A stretch of DNA of 64,000 nt, from positions 620,001 to 684,000 of the forward strand of contig NW_026782032.1 of the NCBI RefSeq assembly GCF_031769215.1. Direction: 5' to 3'. This DNA comes from Ylistrum balloti (Eukaryota). The notes under the pieces were generated by a model. That model was not told the origin of the DNA and searched no databases. It saw only the letters and a program-made list of their open reading frames with translations. Below, piece after piece: positions 41,801 to 54,344 of the stretch; the first letter of the stretch is position 1, and each line of letters starts with the position of its first letter. The translations under genes and the position numbers were made by a program.

Positions 41801-42980
41801 AACAAGTATAGCAACCTGTATAATAATTATATAGATTTGTATAACAAGTATAGCAATCTGTACAAGAATTATATAGATTTGTATAACAAGTATAGCAATC
41901 TGTACAAGAATTATATAGATTTGTATAACAAGTATAGCAATCTGTACAAGAATTATATAGATTTGTATAACAAGTATAGCAACCTGTATAATAATTATAT
42001 AGATTTGTATAACAAGTATAGCAACCTGTATAATAATTATATAGATTTGTATAACAAGTATAGCTATCTGTATAATAATTATATAGATTTGTATAACAAG
42101 TATAGCTATCTGTATAATAATTATATAGATTTGTATAACAAGTATAGCAATCTGTACAAGAATTATATAGATTTGTATAACAAGTATAGCAACCTGTATA
42201 ATAATTATATAGATTTGTATAACAAGTATAGCAATCTGTACAAGAATTATATAGATTTGTATAACAAGTATAGCAATCTGTATAATATTTATATAGATTT
42301 GTATAACAAGTATAGCTATCTGTACAAGAATTATATAGATTTGTATAACAAGTATAGCTATCTGTACAAGAATTATATAGATTTGTATAACAAGTATATC
42401 GATCTGTACAAGAATTATATAGATTTGTATAACAAGTATATCAACCTGTATAATAATTATATAGATTTGTATAACAAGTATATCAATCTGTACAAGAATT
42501 ATATAGATTTGTATAACAAGTATAGCAATCTGTATAATAATTATATAGATTTGTATAACAAGTATAGCAATCTGTATAATATTTATATAGATTTGTATAA
42601 CAAGTATAGCTATCTGTACAAGAATTATATAGATTTGTATAACAAGTATAGCTATCTGTACAAGAATTATATAGATTTGTATAACAAGTATATCGATCTG
42701 TACAAGAATTATATAGATTTGTATAACAAGTATATCAACCTGTATAATAATTATATAGATTTGTATAACAAGTATATCAATCTGTATAATATTTATATAG
42801 ATTTGTATAACAAGTATAGCTATCTGTATAATAATTATATAGATTTGTATAACAAGTATAGCTATCTGTACAAGAATTATATAGATTTGTATAACAAGTA
42901 TAGCTATCTGTACAAGAATTATATAGATTTGTATAACAAGTATAGCAATCTGTACAAGAATTATATAGATTTGTATAACA
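38831..42980. repeat. Tandem array, 42-bp unit (dimer of diverged 21-mers), about 99 copies
   Basis: Unit TATAGATTTGTATAACAAGTA TAGCAATCTGTACAAGAATTA; source of the 1181-aa plus ORF and 783-aa minus ORF. Confidence 0.99.
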
Positions 42981-43049
42981 ATTTATGAAACTATTTTACA
43001 TATTCATAAATTTTTCAATTATATCACTCGATAGTTTTCTGGGTATATT

Positions 43050-43310
43050 GCTCAGTCAACAGCCAAGGTCATTTTGAGGTCTCATTATGATAACTGGTGG
43101 CTACCTCAGAGAACAACATAAGGGAGACCCGTCAAATGATGCTAGGAGCCATATGGGTCAAAAGTCTGGCCCAAGGATACACCCAGGGCAACACAGATCA
43201 GTATGGTTCACATTTTCTTGACAAAACACAAATTGCCACAGGTAGGGAGCATCAAACTCTAACACCTTGACTCTTCATCCAAGGTTGAAATTGGCCAACA
43301 CTTTACGGAT
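43050..43310 (-). mobile_element. Possible degraded tRNA-derived SINE
   Basis: AACAGCCAAGGTCATTTTGAGG start, TGGCCCAAGGATACAC mid-section and GCATCAAACTCTAACACC resembling the reverse complement of a pol III B-box region; heavily diverged. Confidence 0.25.
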
Positions 43311-43523
43311 TATACTATTACATCCCGGATACAAATGATTAATACTCTATATATGATGAATGTGTAGACATGTCTATTGATCATGCATATCTGTATAACA
43401 ATACAAACGAATCTCGAGATATTCTATACATATAGAACCTATATAGATACTTATATATATAGATACTAACCAGTCTTCAACATGACGTAAAGTACAAAGC
43501 CGTTATAGTAACTACCACACTAC

Positions 43524-44190
43524 TTTCTGAATTTAAGAAATGGTTCCCAACCACAATGAAGTTTGAGACCAAATTTAATTGAAATCTATTCCAGCATTAA
43601 GAAAGAGTAGTGTTTTGACTATTAACTTTCCCATTTGTGGGGCCCTGCCCTAGGGGTCGAATTAACTTTCTGAATGAAAGAAATGATATCACACCTGCAA
43701 TAATGTTTTAGACCAAATTTAGTTGAATTCTAACTACGCATTAAGAATGGGGTAGTATTTTGGAGCAAAATAACTTCCCATTTTCTGGGCCACACCCCCA
43801 AGTCCCTAGGGGATGAATCAACTTGCTGAATTTAAGAAACGATTTCCCAGCCTCAATGACGTTTTCAGACCAAATTGGTTTAAATCAATTCAGGCATTAA
43901 AGAAGAGTAGCGTTTTGAAGCAAAGTATTGTCTATCTTCCCTTTTGGGGCCCCATCCCAAGGACCCTAGGGGTCGAATCAACTTTCTGGCTTTACTAAAT
44001 AAATCCTCACCCTCTAGGATGTTTCAGACTAAATTTGGTTGACAAAGGCGTCATGCAGGAGTAGTGTTTTAAATGAAAAGTTTACCAACGCTGGACAGTG
44101 GACGGCGGACAGTGGACAGCGGACAGTGGACGGCGGACAGTGGACGGCGGACAGTGGACCGAACAATAGGGTCAGATGACCTAATAATCA
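43524..44190 (+). mobile_element. Modular non-autonomous element: 3-4 tandem 150-170-bp subrepeats, (GGACAGTGGACGGC)n, terminal hairpin
   Basis: Subrepeats share GACCAAATTT..TTGAA..CATTAAGAA..AGTAG and CCCTAGGGGTCGAAT..ACTTTCTG; GGTCA-GA-TGACC hairpin at 44170-44181 followed by TAATAA. Architecture resembles bivalve pearl/CvA-type or Helentron-associated (HINE) elements. Confidence 0.6.
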
Positions 44191-44460
44191 TTAAATTCTT
44201 TCAGTCTAATTCGCAGCAAACTCTCAAACATGAAAAAAATCCTTCATCATCCTTCCACCTTACTCCAATACTTACTTTACATCATTCCTGTACATGTATT
44301 AACTGATATCCACCTTATTTCGAAAATATTACCGACATCTGGTTACTCAGTCCCAAGGAGAGAGTCAGTGACTTTACTTTTTGATTTCCAACTACCAAGA
44401 ATACTACTATCCTAGAGTCTGTCCTCCTCCTGATTATAGCAGCCCAGGAAGTCAACATAT

Positions 44461-45032
44461 TACCTCTGCCTCAAAATCAGGGAGTGTGCTTATTACATGA
44501 TCGCATGGGTCATAACATATCACTCTGACTCAAAAATAGGGAGTGGGCTTATTACAAGATCCCATGGGGTCAGAACATATCACTCTGTCACAAAAATAGG
44601 GAGTGGGCTTATTACAAGACTGCATGGGGTCAGAACATTTCACTCTGTCACAAAAATAGGGAGTGGGCTTATTACACGACTGCATGGGGTCAGAAAATAT
44701 CACTCTGTCACAAAAATAGGGAGTGGGCTTATTACACGACTGCATGGGGTCAGAACATATCACTCTGTCACAAAAATAGGGAGTGGGCTTATTACAAGAT
44801 CCCATGGGGTCAGAACATTTCATTCTGTCACAAAAATAGGGAGTGGGCTTATTACAAGACTGCATGGGGTCAGAAAATATCACTCTGTCACAAAAATAGG
44901 GAGTGGGCTTATTACACGACTGCATGGGGTCAGAAAATATCACTCTGTCACAAAAATAGGGAGTGGGCTTATTACAGGATCCCATGGGGTCAACATATCA
45001 ATCTGACTCAAAAATAGGGAGTGGGCTTATTG
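44461..45032. repeat. Tandem array, 60-bp unit, about 9.5 copies
   Basis: Unit CACTCTGTCACAAAAATAGGGAGTGGGCTTATTACAAGACTGCATGGGGTCAGAACATAT; explains ORFs 44497-45006 and 44530-44985. Confidence 0.97.
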
Positions 45033-46883
45033 CATTTTGCCATAGTTTCATTGGATTTGAGTTTGAAGTAAAAATCTGTGGTCTTTGCTGTTTTTGTTGA
45101 AGTTGAAATCAGTTAAAATCTACTTAGTGCTCTTGGAAGAGGCTATTTAATTTCAAATTGAAGGATGACAGACAACAAAGAAGAACTTGGTACCGAACGA
45201 GGAAGTAATATAACCAATTGATGATAAAATACATAGAATACGCTCTGTTTGACCAATATGGAAGTAGAGGTAAAAATTCAAACATAGATTTGAAATAATA
45301 AAAGTCTTCAAAAACCTTTTAAAATCTGTCACGATTATTATATAGCTGATAAAGAAAACCGATAGCTAACAAGACATAAATGTAGGCAAATAACTCCGGG
45401 AAATCCTACAACACGTTGTAATTATGTCCCTTATGGCATAACCTGAAAATGATTGAACAAGAATTGAAAGTATCAACTTAAGAAAGAGCGATGTTAAAGC
45501 AGAACAGCAGGTTTGAGATACATATGGAGACAGTTACCATGTACTTTTATTGTCCCCTTTTTGGCTGCCTCATCCAATAATCTGTAATCAGATTAATTTT
45601 TCGTCTCCAGACTTGAGAAGGTGTCACATGGGTGTCAGACCTGGCTGGACAGTAAACAATTGTTGCGGTCCTCAGCATTTTAATTATACATGTCTGAGGA
45701 AATAAAAAGTCTCCAATATCCAAACTTGTTGGTGAAAGGAAGTCGAAGAGGCTGAATGATGAGGTGAGAAGACAGCCAAGTCTAATGACACAAACCGCTA
45801 GTTAAATCTGGTTGTCAATTAAGTTTCAGAAGCACGTGAATTAGCATTTCCTGGGAAGATAGAAGTGATTATATACCCAAGTCAATGTCCTTGCCTTTGG
45901 GTGATGCTTTCAGATGATCAGCTATTTAATGCTATTCAAACCATAGTTATACTTGCAAATTTTGTTTTTTATCCTTAAATGACCTTTTTTTCCACTAGAA
46001 TGTTTCTCTGTGGACATGAATATAACTCTCTAATCACTGAGTCAAAAATGTGATGCTCTCTCATGAAATCATTGTTCTTTGAGATCTTCCCACAGTTTTA
46101 CAGGTAAATCAAGTTGACCTTTTGTTGTAAGGTCAGCTACAGGTAACAGGCTGCACTCCTAGTACGGTCATTGTAGAAAATGTCTATAAACACCGCCTGT
46201 TTTATAGCATGTATCAAACAATGAAAAGTCTGCTTTCATAAAAAGAAGATCTCGTCTTAATTTCTCTACACCTGAGTGAGTGGACAGAAACGGCTGGCTA
46301 TTTCCCAGGCCAGCAAGTTAAGAGCTCATCAATTTCTGGTCATCCGGAAAAAGTTAGGCCAGTGTCATAGACAGGTGTTAATTTTGACATGCACGTAGCT
46401 GCAGGTATCCAATGGACACTGTGGGAAGGAGGCTAGGTTGTCACGGCGACAAAACCTTCCGCAACAAAACATATACAACTTTAATTAAACCTTACTGTGT
46501 TTTCAAAAGAAATGCATGCAATGCCATACTGAAAGGAAATACCGAGGTGCTTTTAAAGTAAAAGCGATTTTGAATCTTGTTTACAAAATAAAAACTGGCC
46601 ACTGTGATGCTTTTAAATTTGTTTTTACAAAAAATCATACTCAATTTTCTCTTTTTATTAGAGTGTAGATTCGTACAGGACAATTGATATAAACGTTTAT
46701 ACATATGTATTGTTGTACATGTTCTATACATCAAAATTCAGAAGGCTAGATATTAATTTGACACGTCGACAATTGGTGTGTCTGTGTAATAAACTGTTAG
46801 GGCCACTTACTTCCTCGTTAGTAATTATGTATAATCATGGGATCAACTGGAACATGATATAGGTATAGGGCTCCACGCACATA

Positions 46884-47500
46884 AACTGTCTACAGCATCA
46901 AACTTACAGTGACAACCTGTGTACCACACAACCTGTCTAAACCACCAAACTTACAGTGACAACCTGTGTGCCACACAACCTGTCTAAACCACCAAACTTA
47001 CAGTGACAACCTGTATACCACACAACCTGTCTAAATCACCAAACTTACAGTGACAACCTGTATACCACAAAACCTGTCTAAACCACCAAACTTACAGTGA
47101 CAACCTGTATACCACACAACCTGTCTAAACCACCAAACTTACAGTGACAACCTGTATACCACACAACCTGTCTAAACCATCAAACCACCAAACTTACAGT
47201 GACAACCTGTGTACCACACAACCTGTCTAAACCACCAAACTTACAGTGACAACCTGTATACCACACAACCTGTCTAAACCACCAAACCACCAAACTTACA
47301 GTGACAACCTGTGTACCACACACAACCTGTATACCACACAACCTGTCTACAGCATCAAAATTACAGTGACAACCTGTGTACCACACAACCTGTCTACAGC
47401 ATCAAACTTACAGTGACAACCTGTGTACCACACAACCTGTCTACAGCATCAAACTTACAGTGACAACCTGTATACCACACAACCTGTCTAAACCACCAAA
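46884..47500. repeat. Tandem array, 47-bp unit, about 12 copies
   Basis: Unit CAAACTTACAGTGACAACCTGTATACCACACAACCTGTCTAAACCAC. Confidence 0.96.
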
Positions 47501-47510
47501 CCAGTCAGAA

Positions 47511-48535
47511 CAGTGTGGACTCTATATTGTCATACTGTGGTCGGTGTGGGGTCTATATTGTCATACTGTGGTCAGTGTGGACTCTATATTGTCATACTTT
47601 GGTCAGTGTGGGCTCTATATTGTCATGCTGTGGACAGTGTGGTCTCTATATTGTCATACTTTGGTCAGTGTGGACTCTATATTGTCATACTGTGGTCAGT
47701 GTGGGGTCTATATTGTCATACTGTGGTCAGTGAGGACTCTATATTGTCATACTGTGGTCAGTGTGGACTTCACATTGTCATACTGTGGTCAGTGTGGTCT
47801 CTATATTGTCATACTGTGGTCAGTGTGGACTCTATGTTGTCATACTGTGGTCAGTGAGGACTCTATATTGTCATACTGTGGTCAGTGTGGACTCTATATT
47901 GTCATACTGTGGTCTGTGTGGACTCTATATTGTCATACTGTGGTCGGTGTGGACTCTATATTGTCATACTTTGGTCAGTGTGGACTCTATATTGTCATAT
48001 TGTGGTCAGTAAAGGCTGTATATTGTCATACTGTGGTCAGTGTGGACTCTATATTGTCATACTGTGGTCAGTGAGGACTCTATATTGTCATACTGTGGTC
48101 AGTGTGGACTCTATATTGTCATACTGTGGTCAGTGTGGACTCTATATTGTGATACTGTGGTCAGTGAGGACTCTATATTGTGATACTGTGGTCTGTGTGG
48201 ACTCTATATTGTCATACTGTGGTCAGTGTGGACTCTATATTGTCATACTGTGGTCAGTGAGGACTCCATATTGTCATACTGTGGTCGGTGTGGACTCTAT
48301 ATTGTCATACTGTGATCAGTAAAGGCTGTATATTGTCATACCGTGGTCAGTGTGGACTCTATATTGTCATACTGTGGTCAGTGAGGACTCTATATTGTCA
48401 TACTGTGGTCGGTGTGGACTCTATATTGTCATACTGTGGTCGGTGTGGACTCTATATTGTCATACTGTGGTCGGTGTGGACTCTATATTGTCATACTGTG
48501 GTCAGTGTGGACTCCATATTGTCATACTGTGGTCA
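47511..48535. repeat. Tandem array, 31-bp unit, about 33 copies
   Basis: Unit GTGTGGACTCTATATTGTCATACTGTGGTCA; stop-free consensus gives overlapping plus-strand ORFs in all three frames. Confidence 0.98.
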
Positions 48536-49052
48536 ATAAGGTCTCTTTATTGCCTGTTGACTGATTCTGTTACATTTTTAGGTTATCTGCTTGAGAACTT
48601 GACCACTGTATTATACATCAAATTTACTATATTTTAATATATCTTTAACTTGCTATACTGATTTATAATCAAAATGTCAGGAACATATATGACTTTATAG
48701 TCCAATCAGTGCTCTGCCCATCAACATGTCTGTACCCAATCTCTGTTGCTTGTTAACTCTGAGCTCTGCCAATCAAAATGTCTCTATCAAACATGGCTAT
48801 CAAGAGCTGTGCCAATCAAAATGAATTTACTATTGTGAAAGGCTTCATCATCATTGGCTATTTCAAAAAAAGATTAATTGATCGATCAAATTGTCATAGG
48901 AAGTTTTTTTAGTACAAGACCTATTGTAAAAATGTACCGTACAGTGTTTAATTTTGAGGTTGTCTCTAAGTTTGGGCTAATTCATGGGATTCCTAGATGT
49001 TTGTACATTAGTTTACAAGTTTACATCTATATATGGTCATAAGTAAGATTTC

Positions 49053-49310
49053 CTAATATTATCATTCACTGATAAATCTAATATTATAATTCACTGATAA
49101 ATCTAATATTATAATTCACTGATAAATCTAATATCATAATTCACTGATAAATCTAATATTATAATTCACTGATAAATCTAATATTATAATTCACTGATAT
49201 ATCTAATATTATAATTCACTGATAAATCTAATATTAAACTTCACTGATAAATCTAATATTATAATTCACTGATATATCTAATATTATAATTTACTGATCA
49301 ATCTAATATT
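49053..49310. repeat. Tandem array, 25-bp unit, about 10 copies
   Basis: Unit TCACTGATAAATCTAATATTATAAT. Confidence 0.95.
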
Positions 49311-49338
49311 AAATGTTTGCTGGGACTTAAACTTCATG

Positions 49339-49385
49339 CCCCCCCCCCCCCCCCCCCCGCCCACACACACATACATACACACACA
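49339..49385. repeat. Poly-C (20 nt) followed by a CA-rich microsatellite
   Basis: C20 at 49339-49358 then CCACACACACATACATACACACACA. Confidence 0.95.
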
Positions 49386-50116
49386 AAACCCTGGTTATAT
49401 TAAATATCACTTCAATTTTTTAACATTGATGCCCTACATTAGATTATAAATCACATTTTTAATGTTACAACTTTATCAATACTTATTATCATTAAATTTC
49501 TGAGATCCCTGGCCCCAATATATACTTTTAAGGTAACGAGACAGCACTATATTGTTGTATGTGTCTGTGTTTTTCTTCAATTTACAGAAAAAATAGGTTG
49601 CAATGTATAATTTCAAATTTAGCTGTGATCCGAGAGGCTAGAAAATGAGGACAATCTAGTCAGTAAATTTTCCACCATTGACTGAGCTTGCAATAAAGAC
49701 ATTCCTCTCACGTCAGATTTTTGTCTTGCCCCTCCTCTACAATACTCAAGTTCCCTCCCGTAAATCCACGGCCAAAAGCACAGCAAGCTTCCACACCTTC
49801 AATTAATTCCTTTTTTTTGTTTTAATGCTTTTTTAAAAATGATTGTGGCTTTGCAAAAAGCTTACTTAATAAAAATTCCATACATTTCTGTATAAAAGTG
49901 AAGAGATTGGAAACATAATATGCGTTTTTTTGTACCCAATGAATCATATAAAAACTCATGTAACTGATGTCTGGGAGCTCTCTAATGTATCAGGCTAGAT
50001 GTATGCATTCACATGAACAGAAATTAGCAGAAATGTTATAAATAAACATATGTACTTTATAGAGGGGCAGATTTGGTTGGAACCTTTGAAGGATTACTTA
50101 CTAATGAAAAATTAAT

Positions 50117-50918
50117 TCAGGGCACTAGGCAGCAGTGAGAATACCTCCAGCATTGAGACTGGAGCCCTCTCTCTTGTAGAATGGGGTGGAGCTGGGTTCA
50201 GGGGAGCTCTATTATGGTGCTAGGCAGTAGTGAGCCTTTTCTCTCGTGTAGTTAGGGGTAGAGCAGGGTTCAGGAGAGGTCTATCAAGGTGCTAGTCAGC
50301 AGTGAGAATACCTCCAGCATTGAGACTGGAGCCCTCTCTCTTGTAGAATGGGGTGGAGCTGGGTTCAGGGCAGCCCTATCATGGTGCTAGGCAGTAGTGA
50401 GCCTTCTGTCTTTTGTAGGTAGGGGTACAGCAGGGTTCAGGGGAGCTCTATCATAGCACTAGGCAGTAGTGAGCCTTCTCTCTCCTGTAGATAGGGGTGG
50501 AACAGGGTTTGGGGAGCTCTATCCTGGTGATAGGCAGTCTAGAGCCTTCTTTCTCTTGTAGATAGGGGTAGAGCAGGGTTTAGGGAGCTCTATCATAGTG
50601 TTAGGCAGTAGTGAGCCTTCTCTCTTGTAGGTAGGGGTACAGCTGGGTATGGGGGATGCTCTATCCTGGTGCTAGGCATTAGTGAGCCTTCTCTCTCTTG
50701 TAGGTAGGGGTACAGCTGGGTATGGGGGATGCTCTATCCTGGTGCTAGGTATTAGTGAGCCTTCTCTCTCTTGTAGGTAGGGGTACAGCTGGATATGGGG
50801 GATGCTCTATCCTGGTGCTAGGCATTAGTGAGCCTTCTCTCTCTTGTAGTTAGGGGTGGAACAGGGTTTGGGGGATGCTCTATCCTGGTGCTAGGCAGTA
50901 GTGAGCCTTCTCTCTCTT
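50117..50918. repeat. Tandem array, about 70-73-bp unit, about 10 diverged copies
   Basis: Unit GGTGCTAGGCAGTAGTGAGCCTTCTCTCTCTTGTAGGTAGGGGTACAGCTGGGTATGGGGGATGCTCTATCCT; an extended variant (GAATACCTCCAGCATTGAGACTGGAGCCC) occurs twice, at about 50130 and 50300. Confidence 0.92.
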
Positions 50919-51059
50919 GATTGCAATGTGAGAACCACCAACTGTCAATCAGAGAAACATCAACAGTTATTTAATGGTCTCCTGTACTGGTTCAGTACTG
51001 ACATTATAGAAAAAAGATTGAATGGATCAAACTTTTCTTAGTAGAAATCACATGACATA

Positions 51060-51420
51060 GGAATCCCTTCTGAATCCCTCTCCATTTAGCATAACAACCC
51101 TATGCACAATACAGAAACAGAATGGTCCTTCTTCTGAATCCCTCTCCATTTATCATTACAGAACTAGGTACAAGACAGAGAGACAGAAAGATCCTTCTTC
51201 TGAACCCCTCATCATTTATCATTACAGAACTAGGTACAAGACAGAGAGACAGAAAGATCCTTCTTCTGAACCCCTCATCATTTATCATTACAGAACTAGG
51301 TACAAGACAGAGAGACAGAAAGATCCTTCTTCTGAACCCCTCTCCATTTATCATTACAGCCACACATATATGACAGAGACTGAAAGATTATCCCTCCTGA
51401 ACCCCTCTCAATTTACAGTC
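51060..51420. repeat. Tandem array, 66-bp unit, about 4-5 copies
   Basis: Unit GAAAGATCCTTCTTCTGAACCCCTCATCATTTATCATTACAGAACTAGGTACAAGACAGAGAGACA; explains the 22-aa repeat ORFs on both strands. Confidence 0.93.
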
Positions 51421-52569
51421 CAATATGTACTATCATTACTTACAGGGAAGCATTCGTAGAGGGAGAATAGCCAGTTATTTTTATAAAATGCTTATCTACA
51501 AGGCAAAGAAGAGTAGAAACTGCATTCTCAACAACTTGCCACATACCACTAAGCCCTACCTACAAGGCAAAGGGGAAGAAAAAGAAAATTCTGAACTCCT
51601 TGTCTTTCACCACTACAGCCCTACCTACAAGGCAGAGAGACAGCTGGAGAGACAGATACTTGCAAGATTTTACTGGTTTTATCTTAAAAATGTTTTGCTT
51701 TATAAGTACAACATCTGTTTCTTTTATCACTTACTGTTTTTATGCAAAATCTTATACATAAGTTGCCATAGATACCAAGTATATCTATGTTACAAATTAC
51801 ATTATCATCAGGTAATTTACAGGATAGTTCATTTGTCTTATCTCCCCTCTATAGTACATTCACTTACAACACAACAAGAGGCCTAATGGGCCCGATATTT
51901 ACGCACCAGTTCTTCAGTTTACAATCTGATTGTCCTTCATTCAAGTATAGTATCACACTGGCCAAAATATCAGCCCCAGCATTGGCTTCTTGGATATCAA
52001 AAACAGACCACTCAAAGTATTTTAAAACATTGCATTCCTAGAATCTTGAAAGAAAACTCGATAAGCCTCCATCCAAGCTTGCTACTGAACAAAATATATC
52101 TAACATCAAAACAATTTGTTCAATTGTTTGACAATATTTTCATAGCCTTTGCTTCCACAAATTTGGTCTTTTCTCTGCAAAGTTATCAATTCAAAAACAA
52201 CAAACATCACATAATATCAGGTTAGGGCTTTAAGCTCATTTCATGGTGACTGATATGTTTTATCCCTGTAACCTATCATGGAAAAAAATGTGTAGTAGGT
52301 TTAAGGCGTTGAGAATGAAAGAGTTGAGGGTGGTGGTTTGGAATTTCAGACTGGTATAGGGCTATGAAGAAGTGGCTGATCAGTGTTGGAACTGGGCTGA
52401 CTTAAAGTTTCACATAACCACTTGCGCAGAAGAGGTGTTTTCCTGAAAGGTTGAAAGGGTGTCGGGGCCACTTGTAGCACCTGTTGTAGCACAAGTATTT
52501 CCCAGTTACATCATAACAAATCAGGTCTATAATGGTAAGTAAGTCATATTGTAGAATAAGCAGAATATA

Positions 52570-53015
52570 GACAGTAAGGAGGCTGTAAATCTGTATCCAG
52601 GTCACATTGTATATATATATACGTATATATAGAAGTTGTGGCCTATAACTAGGTCACATTTATATATTTATATAGAGGCTGTAAACCTGTATCCAGGTCA
52701 CATTGTATATATATATATATAGAGAGAGAGAGGGAAGTTGTGGCCTGTAACTAGGTCATATTGTATATATGGAGGCTGTGGCTGTCACATTTTCTGTATA
52801 GAGGCTGTAACCATTTACAAGGTCATAATGTATAAAGAGGTTGTACCTAAGAGTCTTTATGCTACTAGTTTATGCTTATATATAGACTGTAACCTGTAAC
52901 TAGGTCATGGTATAGACTGTAACCTGTAACTAGGTCATGGTATAGGTTGTAACCTGTAACTAGGTCATTGTATAGGCTGTAAACCTGTAATTAGGTCATG
53001 GTATTGGCTGTAAAC
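52570..53015. repeat. Degenerate array ending in about 4 copies of a 30-bp unit
   Basis: TAGGTCATGGTATAGACTGTAACCTGTAAC at 52880-53015; related AGGTCACATTGTATA / GGCTGTAAACCTGTA words upstream. Confidence 0.75.
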
Positions 53016-54344
53016 CTGGGCCTACAATGCCAGGAACTTGTGATGAACAGTATGACTGTAACATTGGTAGTGTTATTACAATAATAACAGAGTAATTTTT
53101 GACAAAGACGGCATATCACAAATCAATCCTCATACTTAACTCATTTTGAAAAAGCATTTCAAATGTCTGTCATGTCATAGAGGCAACCAAAGAATTCTTG
53201 TCACTTTCTTCTTAAAACAGAATGGAATCTTTGATTGCAGTGACATCTTTCACCATCAACTGAAAAATCATTCGTGGCTATGGCTGTCTAGCAAGTTTTT
53301 AATGCCACAGATAGATGTTTTTCATAAATGTACTTCGCACATGTGGAATGTCTAAATATAAGAACATATTCTCAAGTTGTCAAGAAGAAACAGCAAGAAT
53401 GACTTAAGACAAGACAATATTTCCATCCCTTCAGTATCAGCCATCTTCACTTTAATTAACAGGTAACCATGGACACCACTTGGGTAACTAAATATATATC
53501 TATATATATAGAAGTCAACTATCATTTCCAAGTCAAAAACCCTTTTATTCTTCCAGTAATTCTGGTTTGGTATGAATTTTTCTGCAATAAAACATGACAT
53601 GGTTTATTCCTAGACGATTTTGACTGGCTTCTCCACAGAAGACTATGGTAATTACATTTTAATTCCTCGATTTCATGTCATCCATCTTGACATGTTCCTA
53701 CTTGAGACAAAACCTTGGTGTCAGTTGTCATGGAGATATGTAATTTTCCCCAGACCCCAGTACACCTAGGTTTGACACCTTTCACTTTTAGGTATCAATT
53801 AAGTAATGCTTTACAACTAAAACTATACATCTTAGAGGTGACCTTGTTTAGATCATTGTGCTCATCAAGTCGCCATCTTTTCATTCTTTATCTTAAAACC
53901 TGAATGTCAAACCGGAGTAGATGCTTTTAAATCAGTCACTTTATTTTCTGTTTGTTCCAGTCTTTCACATTTATTTGGTGTATATTTTTATAACAACGCC
54001 ATATATACCTCTGATATCAGTAGTGTTGGGTCCGTGACCATGCAGAAATCTATATATAATGGAAGATGCTAACTGCCACCATAGCAGGGCTTTAGTAAAA
54101 CAATTTAAATTTCACAATCAGTAGCAAGGTAAATTTGTGTAAAGTTCTCATACAAAATCAATTGTTATACCCATGATTTAATTTTCTGTATTTATGACAA
54201 ATAGATTATTTAACTACATAATATTTCAAAATTCAAATCCTGTTATTTTGATCATTAATTTTAAACACAGAAAAGCTAGTATCGACACATTCAATGTAAA
54301 TCTGTAGCACCACATCCCCAATACCAAAACAATGAATACAACAG

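Noticed and set aside
51425-51886. 153-aa plus-strand ORF
   Set aside because: The first half is built from degenerate CTACAAGGCA repeats, the second is Tyr/Leu-rich AT sequence and ends in a transposon-like start at 51874; no protein-like motif.
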